A stretch of DNA of 64,000 nt. Origin: Azolla caroliniana (lineage: Eukaryota > Plantae > Polypodiophyta). Below, piece by piece: positions 37,513 to 50,522 of the stretch; the stretch's first letter is position 1; each line of letters begins with the position of its first letter. The notes below the pieces were generated by a model. That model made no database searches, was not told where the DNA came from, and saw only the letters and a list, made by a program, of their open reading frames with translations. The DNA is taken from contig JBHGNT010000015.1 of the NCBI GenBank assembly GCA_043228905.1, forward strand, positions 16,740,001-16,804,000. Direction: 5' to 3'. Made by a program: the position numbers and the translations under genes.

Positions 37513-39638
37513 ATGAAAGGGTCGGATCTTGCAGAGGCCATGGCTTCGGCCGTGGATCGAATACTGAGCGCACACAAGGGCTCCGGCGCCCTCGACAGAG
37601 CCATTGAGGCGGTCATCGGTACGATCGGCCGGTTCAGCGGAAAGGATGCCATGAAGTATTTGGCATCCTACGGGGTAGAAATGCTGATGCGGGACATTCC
37701 GAAAGAGAGGCGTCTTGCCGGGTTCCCTCGAGTGGCGATGCCGAGCATCCATGCGGAGGTGCTCGAGGTGCGGGCGGAGAGTCGTACCTGGGAGGAGTTC
37801 GAAGGTCGACTCATAGAAAAATACGGGTTGGACGACGCGCTCCGGCTTTCGAAACGGGACTTCATGGAGTGGGTGAAGTCCCCCAGCAAGGGAAGAAACG
37901 CGTCGGCACTCCTCCGGGAGTTCGAGGAACGCTTTGCGCGCCTTTCGGCGCTTGACCGAACCGTTCTGGATACGAGCCGGGTCCTACTGTTCGTCAAGTC
38001 GGTGGATGAGCGAGACCAGGATCAAGTCGGCTCCTTGCTGGAAACCGAAGACGAGCTGACGACCGACTGGGCTGCGGTTAAGAGAGTCTGTGGCCGTTTC
38101 GACAAACGGCGAGAATGGGCTGACAACGGGGCAGCTGGTGCGGGCTCTGTCACAGCAAGGAGGCTTGAACCGGCACTGCAAGGGCGAAGGGAAGAAACTC
38201 GAGAATGGCTCGAAACCGGTCCGGCTTCGACCGGCATGGTCAGTGGCTCGTCCAGAGGAGCAGCGCTGGAGGAGTTGACGCGGGCGATAAAGGATCTCCA
38301 GATCGCCCAGACTCGAAGGGAAGGCGGCGAACTGGCTCGTGACCGACAGCCAGCAGCAGGGAACAGGTGCATGTGGTGCAACGAGGTCGGCCACATCCGG
38401 AAGGACTGCGGCGATTTCGCAGAAGCGTTGAGGAACCGGGTGGTGTACCTGTGGGAAGGTCGGGTGCACGCCGGCGACACCAGAAGGGCCCTTAACCGAA
38501 ACGACGGGCGAGGAGGAATGAAGAGACTGATGGAAGAGGCAGCGGCCCGACACGTGGAGGCCATCCACTACTCGGCGTCGGCCGGCATTCGGGTCGGGGG
38601 CAGCGAGGCCCGAAAGGAGGGCAAAGACGGATTCTGCTCGGCAATGCTGGAAGGTCTTGCCGGCGCACGGCTAAGGAAAGATGAAACGGACCGCGCGGAG
38701 AGACGGGTCCGGGAAATAACTGGGTGGAGCGATCCGGTCGACGAGAAGACGGGATTCGTAGAAGCCGCCTGCCGGAACTACGAGGCTCTGGTAGAAGACA
38801 AACGGGTGGGGAAAGCCGGAGCGGCCGGGCCCTCACAATGGTACGAGACCCGATTCGGGCAACGACGGAACGATGCCGGTGGGCCAGCTCGCAAGATAAC
38901 GCCAGGAAGGGCGGATACCGACTGGGGACGGAAATAGAAAGGACTACGGACCTACGAAAAGTCCTAGAAGAACGGATCCTCGACAGCAAAGTGAAGCTGT
39001 CATTGCGGGAGGTGCTAGGGATCGCCAAGAAGGAGTTCCACGACTCCATTGTGGACCTGGTGAAACGGAAGAGGCTGTCGACAGAGACGGAACCGGAAAG
39101 ACCGGTGGAGGTGCGGACGACGCACATCGACGACATGGCGCTGGAGGATGAGTGGGCGGAGAGCCACTATTCAAGGCCGCACTGGGCCCGAGCGACCACG
39201 GAGACCCCAGTAAAGATCGGAGATGTTCAGGAACCGGTGGTGGCATTGGTGGACCACGGTTCGGAAATAAACCTGATGTCCATGGACTTCTATAAGAAGG
39301 GAAAGTGGCCGATCAACACCAAGCACGGGTGGAAGATACGGGCGGCAACACGCGCCACCGAGGAACTGCACGAGGCCTGCCCGAACGTGCGAGTCAAGAT
39401 TGGCGACGTCGAGATTGACCAGCACTTCTTCGTACAGGAGACGTCCTCGCACCCAGTCATATTAGGGGAACCATACATCACGGCGGCGCGGATGGAGACC
39501 AAGGTGCTAGACAACGGTTCGGCCTACGCGAGGGTCAAAAGCCAGGACGAGCGCCATTCAGTCCAATTTCTGAGGGTGCGACTGAACCACGAGCGAAACC
39601 GCGAATCCCTCGGTGGTGAGAACCGGGAGGATTTTTAG
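37513..39638 (+). pseudogene. G3 gag-protease (one frameshift near 38850-38900)
   Basis: Zinc knuckle CMWCNEVGHIRKDC; aspartic protease LVDHGSEINLM…ILGEPY; ends GAG GAT TTT TAG. Confidence 0.85.
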
Positions 39639-42600
39639 AGAGGGCTGCCAAGGCGTGGGGCCAAGACAGTCTGGACACTCGGGAAAGACCCCACAGCTGT
39701 ACGATAGAACCGAAACCGAAGAAACCTTGTACGATAGGTAGAAAATTCTGCTTCCCCAACAACGGAGGGTGCATGATAGTCGGCATCGTTGGTCGAGAAA
39801 GGGCAAGGGCGGAGGAGCGACTTCGAGCGTGCGGAGTTCTCGGCCCGGACGAGGAAATCAGCGGGGCCGTGGAGGCGGTCTCCTTCGACGACACCTTGGG
39901 GATGCTGAGGAAGGTAGCCGGAGAAGACCTTAACGAAGACCGGACGATACCGGTATGTTCCGAAGAGATGTACGAGGTCATCGCAAACTTCAGTCAGGGG
40001 CTCGAGTCGGATCGAATAGCCCGAGTTAGCACGAGGTACAAGACTGTGGACCGGAAGGTAAGGCCAATCGCGGCACCCTTACCGGAGGGCAGCGAGTCCC
40101 GAATGAGAGGGGTTGCGTCGGACCCCAGTTTACGAGATCCGGCCTCCATAGGACACACCTTCACCGACGGGACGCTCCGGGAGCTCAAGATCGGTGGGGG
40201 CGGGTTCCTACTGCCGGCGGAGGAAGACCGGTCTCGGAGAATGCTCGGAAGGCACGGAAAGGCCTTCGCATTCTCACCGAAAGAGATCGGGTGAGTAGAC
40301 CCGACGATCGTGGAGCCAATGGTGATATTCACGGTACCGCATGTGCCGTGGAATCTCAAGCCGATTCCAGTACCGAGAGCTCACATCCCAGAGTTGATGG
40401 AGCTACTGAGGCAGAAAGTCGATATGGGTATTCTCGAACCGTCGAGCGCGCCATACTCGAACCGATGGTTTACCGTACCAAAGAAAAACGGAACATTGCG
40501 CTTCATTCAAGACCTGCAGCCGGTCAATAGAGTGACCATTCGGAACACATGAATCGGACCGACCATAGACGAGTTCGCGGAGGCCTTCGCCGGAAGGTCG
40601 ATTTACTCGGTCGGTGATCTGTACTCGGGGTATGACCAGTTCCAGCTAGCCGTGGAGAGCAGAGACATTACGACGATGCGAACTCCCCTCGGCCTAGTGC
40701 GAATATGTACCCTGCCACAAGGAGGGACCAACTCGGTGGCCCACATGGTGAATGCAATGAACAAGGTACTGAGGGATTGCATCCCGGACATCACCATGCC
40801 ATTTCTGGACGACATCCCGATAAAGGGGTGCCCGGTGGAAGAGAAGGACGAGACAGTCGGGCCGGACGGATGCCGGCGATTCGTGGCAACACACATCGAC
40901 GACTGCGAGAAGGTGCTACAAAGGCTAGAGGATGCGAGGCTCACCTTCTCCGGGGAGAAATCGGCCTTCGGGCATTCAGAAATCCTGGTGGTCGGACACC
41001 TGTGTGGACCGTATGGCCGGAAGCCGTCTCTGGCAAAAGTAGAAGCCATCTCCGCGATGAAGGCCGACTGTAGCTCGGTTACGGAAGTTCAGAGGTTCCT
41101 GGGGGCATGCGTGTTCTACCACATATGGATCCCGCATTACGCCCACATTGCGGAGCCGCTATACGGGTTGCTCAAAAAGGGGCGAAAATTCGAGTGGCGA
41201 GACAAGCACATGGAGTCGGTCCGGAAGCTGAAGGAAGCTCTTGCGGCAGCACCGGCGCTCCGGAAGGCTGTCTACGAAAGGGGTACCCCGGTATACATAA
41301 CGGTGGATACGAGTCCGACCGGGATCGGATGGGTCGTCAACCAAGAAGACGAGGACGGCATTCGATTCCCGATCCGATTCGGCGCTAAGGTCCTCAGTGA
41401 GCGACAGCGAGGGTACGCCCAGGTTAAACGCGAACTCTGGGGTATCGTTTCGACAGTAAAGGCCGACAAAGACTACCTGATCGGGACAGAAGTGACTATC
41501 GAGACGGATTGCCTGCCAATTCTCGGCATGGTTTCCGGATGCGCGACACCGAACCTGGCGATGCTCAGGTGGATAGCGTACATCATGTCCCTGGACCCGG
41601 AAATACGGCACATTTCCGGTAAGGACAACGCCATGGCCAACATGCTTTCGAGGGCGAGGTTTGATGACGAGGGCGGCATGGTTTCGGAGGACGAAGAAGT
41701 CGGCGTGGACTTCTTCAAGGCAGCGTACGCAACGACCGATGGGACGAGCACTCCGGCACTTAACGGCTTCGACGAGAGCAAGTACGACGGCGAGTGGCTA
41801 TGGATCGGTGGTTTCTTGAGGACAATGACGTCGGATGCGTCGTGGACGAGAGACGAGGCCAACCGGATCCGGAAGAAAGCTTACCGATTCTTTCTCCGGG
41901 ACGGATACTTATGGAAGCACCCGAAGAAGAGGAACGGCGTCCCGCTCCGGGTGGTGGCAATGAAGGAAGAACAGGAGGAGCTACTAACGGCCTACCACGA
42001 CAGCCCTTGGGCTGGACACCGTGGAACGTGGGCCACATTCGAGAAGATGAAAGGGAAGTACTGGTGGTCGGGACTGTACCGGGACGTGCATCAGTTCGTG
42101 ACAACTTGCGAGAGCTGTCAGATGCACTCCATAGTCCGGCATCGGGACGAGCTTCACCCTACGTACCCTCCGACCATCCACTTCAAATGGATGGTAGATC
42201 TGGTGACGATGCCGATGGGAATAGGACAGATGCGGTATCTGGTCCTGGCTCGGGAAGATCTGACGAACCAGGTGGAAGGCCGAGCCCTTCAGAACAAAAC
42301 GACCGCGGTCGTATGTCGGTTCCTGATCGAGGACGTGATATGCTAGTACGGGTGCGTCGGGAAGATCGTGGCTGATCGCGGGGAGTTGGACACTGAAGAG
42401 GCCGAGGAGCTGTTCGACCGGCTAGGAGTCAAGCTCTCGCTTACCACTGCGTACAATCCGGAGGCGAATGGGAAGGTGGAGCGCGGACACGGACCGATCG
42501 TCAAGGCGTTAGTTCGGGCATGCGGGGGGCAAGTCGGGAACTGGCCGCGGCTGCTGCCTTACGCGTTGTGGGCTGACCGAACTACGCACAGTTCGGTAAC

Positions 42601-43132
42601 TGGATTCATGCCGGCAGAGCTCATGTTTGGGCAGAAGCCGATCATGCCGATGGAACGTACGATCCCCTCATGGGCAACCGTGGACTAGAGAGACGAAATG
42701 AGCCGGGAGGAACTGTTGGCGGCGCGCATAAGGCAGCTCGAGCGAAGACCGGAGGATGTAGAGCAGGCTACGGAAAAGCTTCGGGTGGCAAGGACGAGGA
42801 ACAAAGCCCGGTTTGACCGAACGCACCGGCTACGACCGAAGAAGATCGAGGAAGGCGACTGGGTACTAGTCTATGACAGCAGCCTCGACAACCAGCACCG
42901 GGCAACACGGAAGTTCGCAAGAAGGTGGTTCGGGCCTTACGTGGTACAAAGCGCCAACGACAACAAGACGTAGCATCTGGCGGAACTCGACGGCGCGAGA
43001 ATGGCGATACCGGTAGCTGGGAAAAGGATCAAAGCGTTCAAGAAGCGTCACGACGACGAGCCGGATCCGGTTAACCTGGACCGCGACGACGAATGGTCCG
43101 AAACCGAGGAAGAACCGACGGGCGGCGAATGA
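39635..43132 (+). pseudogene. G3 pol (RT, RNase H, integrase), a single frame with several nonsense codons
   Basis: YSNRWFTVPKKNG, LPQGGTNSV, FLDDIPIKG; TVDTS; HDSPWAGH..CESC, MVDLV, ADRG, NGKVERGH, WFGPY. All ORF pieces share one frame. Confidence 0.92.
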
Positions 43133-44039
43133 AGGCTGGATCGGTTTTCTCCGTCCCAGCTCAATTTGGCGCATGCCGTGGATGCGCGGTTAGGTGGGGG
43201 CGGATGTCGTGAAGAAAACCGTCCACAAGCGGAATCGGTGCACTGGAGCATAGGAACCGGCTCTTCATGCACGTATGCCTTATGTTGTACATAAGAGAGA
43301 ATTAGGGACATGGAAGATCCTAGATAGGTAGATTCGGTAGGTAGGAAGTTAATAGGAAACGGCTCCCTTCTTGCCTATAAAAGGAGGGAGACGAGGAGGA
43401 GAAAAGGGATCGCGGTTAGAGAAAGGACGAAGTGCTGTCGGGTTGTCGGCCGAAGGCTTCTCTCTCTTCCATACTCCATAGCTTCTTTCTGCGCAGGTTT
43501 TCGGGAGGCTCGCGCTGCTCTGAGGAATGCCCGAGTGCTTCCGGCAGCACCTCCAACCTACTCCTTTCCTTCGGAGCGTTTACGAACAGGCATCGGCATC
43601 TGTTCGCCGGCCTGTTCGGTTGTAACCGACTTTGTGCTTCTTGTTGTTTTGTCTTTGTTAACATATACATACATACATTCGCGTCTCTCTGTGTCGCTGT
43701 CCCACTCGCGTCTTTGTGTCGAAGGGCCGTGTCCCTATGAATCTACGCTCGCACGTAGAGGGTCTCTTCTCCTTTCTCTCTTGCTCTTCGGTACAGGACC
43801 CCCGAGGTCCCGCCTCATTCCACGCATCCGCGAGGAATACCTTGACAGCGTGCGATCTACACCATCATATTTGGATAAGAAAGAACGCGCACCAAAAAAA
43901 GGTTGTCAGAAGTCGACCAACTAGTGTCGTCACTATTTGATATAATATATTAAAAGAAAAGTAAAAGTAAAAGTAAATTGTTAAAATGTTAAAAAAAGTA
44001 AATTTTGGGGGGAGAGAATTTTTTAATCTCTCTCTGTCT

Positions 44040-44380
44040 CTATCTCCCTCTCTCTGCTTTGTTTCTTCTCCATAGCCAGAAGCAGAGCCAAAGGCATAGC
44101 CATAGCCACAGGTCAGAATCAGAAGCAGAAAAAGAGTGAATAGTCTCTCTCCCCCTCGCTCTGTGCTTTCTTCTCTATAGCTAGAAGCAAAGCCAAAGGC
44201 ATAGCCATAGCCACAGGTCAGAATCAGAAGCAGAAAAAGAAGAAAAAGAGTGAATAGTCTCTCTCCCCCTCGCTCTGTACTTTCTTCTCTATAGCCAGAA
44301 GCAAAGCCAAAGGCATAGCCATAGCCACAAGTTAAAATCAGAAGAAGAAGAACAGTGAATAGTCTCTCTCTCTCTCTCCT
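44040..44380. repeat. ~115-bp tandem repeat x3 inside MULE-2
   Basis: Repeated ATAGCCAGAAGCAAAGCCAAAGGCATAGCCATAGCCACAGGTCAGAATCAGAAG. Confidence 0.8.
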
Positions 44381-47202
44381 GTGGGCTTCCTCTCATGTTT
44401 CTGACTCTAAAGCATGCTAGTTTGTAGCATCATTCACCATGGGCATTGACATTATGTAATGAGGCTCTTCTAGCACAAGAGGAGGATGAGGTCAAGACAA
44501 GGTAATCAGTCTCTCTCATAGATACTCTCATACTCTCTCTTTCTCTTTGATACACACACACACACACTCAATCATACATGTCCATTTAATAGTCTTTAGT
44601 TATTAGCAAATGGTATCAATATGTGAACTCTGAGAATCAGTCTCTACCATAGTAGTTTTGTGGTTAGTAAGGTTTGACAAGATAAATGAATCATATAATT
44701 TAGTAATATTGTATAATGAAGTTTTCTAACATTTAAGTGTTATTAGATTTGGCTTCTATTCTTTGATGAGATTATTGCTCTGATTTTTCTCTTTTCACTA
44801 TAATGAGATTCGAAAAACAAATGATTTGATTCCCTTAAGAAAGTCCATTGCAGATCATGACTACAATGAATATGAGGGTAATGGAGAGTATGATATTGAT
44901 GATCCCGGACATGATGAAAGTGAAGATGAAGACTTTCAACAAGCAATTGGATAACACTTTATCATGCTAGCCTATTGTAGAATAATAATTTTACACTATA
45001 ACTGATGATATTTCAGCCCATGTACTTTGGCCAGTTGTTGTAATTGGCCTTCTATTAGGGTATCTTTTATATGCTTCATTTTTAAGAGGCAATTGTCTCG
45101 GTGTTTTTGTATGGATCATCAAAGTAGTAGCACACTTCCTTAAGGGCGTTTTTCATGTCTTGTATTGTCAGAGGTGCGTTTTTCATGCTTTTGAATAATG
45201 GATTCATGTGATTGATGTTCCATCGTAGCCCAACCTATTACTCAGGTCACCCTATTGTATAAATTAGGTCTCCCAACCTATGTTGATTTATGTTTTATAT
45301 TTTATGTTTTATGTTGCAAGTATGTCATATGTTTATTTATGTTTCAAGTATGTCATAGTTGAATTTGTATTCATTTGCATGTAACAACCGAGTACAATAT
45401 TGAATAGATCGATGAAATATGAAAAGAAGAAAGCCTTTTGGGGTTTAATAACATATTCCACTAAGTGAAGTAAGGTAGAATTGTTTCCATTACTTTCCTA
45501 AACCCCAAACCCGAATGTAGAATTGTTTCCATTACTTTCCTTTAGTCTAATGAATTATTGTTTTTTTGAAACAACATTTGAACCTTATATGTAATGGTGG
45601 TTTGATTTGAAACATATTTCATTATTATAGTAAGTTGGTTTTGCATTTGTATTTTTGTTGCAAACTACATAATCTAAGGAAAAGGTGCACTAGAAAGAAA
45701 TGTTGTATTGCCAATAATATACATGCAAGTATGAAATTCCTAAACCAAATGTCGAAACCCTAAATAAGAAAGAAGTTGAAAAAGAAGAAAACATAAATAA
45801 TATCAAAATTGACCAATAAGCAAGCAAAATAAACCCTATTCTCAATAAGCGAGAAAAAGATATTTGAACCTTGCACCTATTAACCAAAAAGAGTGATTCT
45901 AACCACTAAACCATTACATTATAATACATTTTTAATTAAGTTTCTTCATTTATTGTTCTAAAATAGATGGGCGGTTGAGCGACCAAGGACTCAGAGTTGG
46001 GCGACCTCTGACAGTTTTTTTTTTTCGCGGAAGAAGGCGCGAAAAATAAAGTTGTGCAGAGGTCGCCCAACCCTGTCAGAAGTCACCCAACCGAGATATA
46101 TTTTTTAAATGGTCGCCCAACCAACTTAATCATCAACGCAAGTCACCCAACCAACTGGTTTAGGGTTTATATTGAGTTGGTCACCCAACCAACTCAATAT
46201 AAGATGCAGGTCGCCCAACCGACGACTATAAAAGCCTCAAACCTGTCATTATCTCTCATTTTTTCAAATGAGATTGACAGGTTTCTTTCGCCAGGAAAGA
46301 AAACTATCGTCATGCGGCCTACAATCGACATACGCGGCAATCAATCTCCTCCATCACTATTCCCAGGTATGTACTAAACCCTATTACATCACTTTTTCTG
46401 TTTGTTTTACATGTGGTAGGAATAGTTGAGGGGTTAGGGTTTGGAGTAGTTGAGGGATTTTGTATCTTGTTGAGGGATTAGGGTTTTACTACAAAAAAGG
46501 AAGGAATAGCCTATATAGAGGGCCTCTAATTATTGCAACATGATAAGTAGGATATAACATATGGGGAGATTTGGAAGTGAGGGATTAGGGTTTAGGGTTT
46601 AGGGTCATAAGGTACATGGGCCGTACCATCACTGAATCATGGAGATCATTGCTCACCATGTCTGGTCCACACAAGAAAACCTAGATACACTTGGTTGGTA
46701 TTAGAATGTCAATGGTTTATGGTTTAATGATTTGCTTGCTTAATCTTAATATTGCGTATGTTTGAGTATTAAATTCGGAAAATGTTTGATTACTTGAATG
46801 GTGGTAGATGGCTTCAAAGTCCAAGTACAAAGATTTGTGGGATTTCGATAATAGTGACATATATCCAACTCAAGGGAGGTATGTCACGAACCAATCTCCC
46901 CTAATACTGGTTTAGGGTTTGATGCATGTATGTTGACTCATGAAATTTTGTTAAAGGGTCTTCGTTAGAAGACATTGGAGAAGTTCATCAGCCGACATGT
47001 CTACGAGTGGGGACAGAATGGATCAGACACATGCGCCTCAGATCGAGCCCATACATGCCATGGCAAAGGGCATAAGGTTGTGGATCCAAACACCAAATAA
47101 ACACTTTTCCAAGTAGGTTTTATGTGAAATATAAATTAGTATCCTACTAACTGACATTGGGTGTGATATACCTACTCAAACTACATATTTCTATGCATTC
47201 AG

Positions 47203-47917
47203 GTACCAGCTGACCTGCCAACGTCTCGATATGGCCCTTGATGTTACCGAGTCAAATCTTGAGACCATGTGCAAGTGTCGTGAAATGGCATTGACGTGGA
47301 CTATGACCTTATTCACGTTGTTTATGGAGTACTCGTTGCCACATGAGGTGACAGAACGCTTCACCATCGTCGACCCACTGTGGGTGCCGCTACACTAGCA
47401 GACGGTGAAGGGGCAAACCATCCTTAGGAAGGTGGTTGAATGTGATTTTATGTTCATTCTAATCGTGCTTGACAGGCATTGGGTGTTGTGGACAAATATG
47501 CGACAGAAAGTTTCTAAGCTTACCAGCAAAGTAGTCTTCTACAATCCATTGAACAACGCAACGACTGACAATGTGCGGAGAATGGCAGAGTTGGCAATTC
47601 AGACCATTTCATCTGAACCGTCAGACCACACCATTGTGCCTGAGGGTCGACATCACGTATTGCACATCCCAACTCGGCCAAATTGTTGGGATTGTGGCTT
47701 TTACGTGATGAAGACTATCAAAATGCTGGTGGGGGAGTTGTTACAAGGATGGATATCTCCGACTTTTGTAAGTGTAATTGCAATGCCTTATTCATGTGGA
47801 TTGTGTATAGATGTGTTCTTATACATATTTGGTGACAGGGCACAGAGATGTGGTTCACCAAACGCTAAGTGGATTCACATCAGATTCATGTGGACGAGTG
47901 GGCACGAAGGGTACTAG
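47203..47917 (+). pseudogene. Ulp1/C48 SUMO-protease-like gene fragment (probable further exons from ~46810)
   Basis: HWVL…VVFYNPL…PTRPNCWDCGFYVMK matches the Ulp1 H-D-(Q)-C arrangement, with apparent D>N and Q>R changes. In-frame stop upstream; GT-AG introns are plausible. Confidence 0.72.
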
Positions 47918-48099
47918 GATTTGCACCTGCGACCGGTGGCCCCATATTGTAAATTTTGTGAATGTTGTTTTCAGCACAGATTTTGCTATAGAGCTGATGT
48001 TGTAACTATATTTTGGAATCCACACAAATTTTGTATAGCAAGAATCGACTCATTGTATATCGCGATTACTTATTAATGGAAATGTTGTTTACAACAAGT

Positions 48100-48790
48100 G
48101 TTTATCTCAAGTTTATTTGTTGTTTTAAACCAATCACAAGTTGTGATCTAAAGTTGATTTGTTGTTTTAAACCAATCTCAAGTTATGATCTAAAGTTGAT
48201 TTGATGTTTTAAACCAATCTCAAGTTGTGATCTCCAATTGATTTGATGTTTTAACCAATCTCAAGTTGGTTTGTTGTTTTAAACCAATCTCAAATGTAAA
48301 CTAATTGATTTGCGGTTTTAAACTAATCTCTTCGAATAAGTTGTTTTAAACCAATCTATCTCCCAACCCTTATAAAAAACATCAATGGTAATAAACCAGG
48401 TTGCCCAAACCTGTTAAAATTAATTCTATGTTAATATGGTCACCCAACCAAGTTGCCCAAACCTCATAATCCAGGTCGCCCAACCTCTTTTAATATGGTC
48501 ACCCAACCATAGCCAAGTCACCCAACCTGTTACCTAAACAGCCAAAAAAAAGGTCATATTAACATGTAAATTAATCACATTTTAAGTCACATTTTAAGTC
48601 ACATTAAACCCTTCACATCATTTTAATCATATTCAATTAATCACATTCTTTGTCTTAATGAGGTTTAATTAATCACATTCTCTGTCTTAATCAAGTTCTT
48701 ATAATCACATTCTCTGTCTTAATCAGGTTTAATTAATCACATTCTCTATCTTAATCAAGTTCTTATAATCACATTCTCTGTCTTAATCAG
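48100..48790. repeat. Tandem repeats (~37-bp TTTTAAACCAATCTCAAG units; GGTCRCCCAACC motifs; ~31-bp TAATCACATTCTCTGTCTTAATCA units)
   Basis: Directly visible arrays between the Ulp1-like gene and the transposase. Confidence 0.8.
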
Positions 48791-50499
48791 GTTCAATTAT
48801 GTCCAACCCTACTTGCCTGCTCCAAGATGAATGGATGTTAGAGATGCGTGAGCAATTGTCAATAAACAACTCTTGGGCAATCAACTCCACGTTTAAAACA
48901 AACCAATTTGGCTTGCCATTATATGCAGTTGTGGCCCCAAATGCCATGGGAGTTGGTATCCCATTATGGTACATGATATGTAGTTCTGATAAGGGGTCTA
49001 ACCATGAGCAAGTAGCGTTAGAAACTTGCTTGAGAGTCATATTCGCACGGATGCCCAATGTGAGGCCAAATGCCATAGTCATCGATAAAAGTTGGACATC
49101 ATATAATGCCATCAGTAATGTGGTTGCAACATACCGATTATCTTGGATAGTTACAAATGGGCAAAGGTCGCAAACACATTGTCGACTTTTGTTGTGTCAT
49201 TTCCACGCAAAAAAAAGCATGGTTGGACAACTTGTTGCCAAAGGTAAGTGCAACTGAGAGAAACCATCTTTATAATCGGATGTGCCAACTCAAGCAATGC
49301 ATTACGGAGTGAGGAGTTAAAGGTAGAATATGCAACTCAATGCCCAATGTGAGGAGTTAAAGGTAGAATATGCAAACAAGCCAGGTGTTTGGCAATATAT
49401 AGAAAGGAGGATGGTGTGGCTTGACATGTGTGTGGAGGAAACTGTGGCCCAAATTTGGTAGAATGTTCAACTACAGACATGTTGACACTACCAATCTTGT
49501 AGAGAGACATTGGTAGTTTATCAAATATACTGCCTTAAGAGGATAGAGTAATCAATTACCGATCTTGTGCATGTTTTAATCGGGGATAGTCAAACTGGCA
49601 CTTGCATTGGGGGTATTGTTATTGAATGGTACAAGCAACGACAAAAAATATGTGAGAGTGGTAGATTTGCACCACGTGCAAATTGTAGGGATCAAACAAC
49701 AAGACTTAAAGAGGCCGAAAGGCTACTAGAGAGGTATGAAACTAATGATGTGACAATGCATATTGTGCACGAGCCCCGATATTGGTTTAAAATATTGAGC
49801 TTGACAAAACTGAATGTATGGTATAATGTATCGCTCCAATATTCATATTGTGATTGCCAAGACCCTACAAGTAAATGTAAGCATATACTCGGCATCAAGA
49901 TGATTATTGAGAGGCACGTGCCACATCTATGTGGGTCTTTGCCTTTTATAGATCATGCAACCCATATGCGCAATAACCATTTCACAGAGACAGAAGTGGA
50001 GACAGAGGTAGAACCAGACGAGGAGACAAACCCTATAACATCACAAATGGAGGAATGGGAGTCGAAAATACAAACGGTTGAGGGGGTTATTCAATGTCTT
50101 AGGCAAGGGTTACGATCTCTCGACCGTGCAACAATTTTGGCATGTATGGAGTCCATTGAAGAAATAGGTTAGACGCTGGTGTATCACCTAGGTGCACCGA
50201 AACCAACCAATGAAGAAGACCGTGGATCCATAGGGCGTAAGCAAGCAATTGGTGCAAAAAGGGGAGCATCAATCAACATTTCACAAGATCTTATTGGCAA
50301 CTCCCCAAACACTTCCAAGGCACACATAGGAAAAATGCAAAGAGGCGCAAGTCGAGCTAGCAGGCGGTTGCCAATATGTGCGACAGAGAAGATGCGATGC
50401 TTGCATTGCGATGCCTTGACCTTTAGATCAAGGGACTCAAATGTTGATTGTTGCAAGAATTGTGGTCGCATCTTGCCATCATCTCCAGATGAGCCATAA
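48791..50499 (+). pseudogene. MULE transposase (DDE domain, SWIM zinc finger, C-terminal Cys cluster), decayed
   Basis: INSTFKTNQFGLPLY (first D>N), IVIDKS, LLCHFH, DTTNLVERHW, SWIM CDCQD..CKH, CLHC..CKNC. Contains frameshifts and stops; preceded by the acceptor TTAATCAG. Confidence 0.85.
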
Positions 50500-50522
50500 A
50501 CATAACTTGAATGGTTTTGCGG

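Larger units (their letters stand above)
36827..43847 (+). mobile_element. Full-length tRNA-Trp-primed Ty3/gypsy element G3 (643-bp LTRs 36827-37469 and 43205-43847) inserted in the MULE-2 left TIR
   Basis: LTR pair; PBS TGGTGAATCCAACGTGAA; 4-bp TSD GCGT, confirmed by length comparison with the intact right TIR. Confidence 0.93.

Noticed and set aside
46580-46606. TTTAGGG repeats as a telomere
   Set aside because: Only 2-3 units; an interstitial telo-box-like motif that is common in this window.
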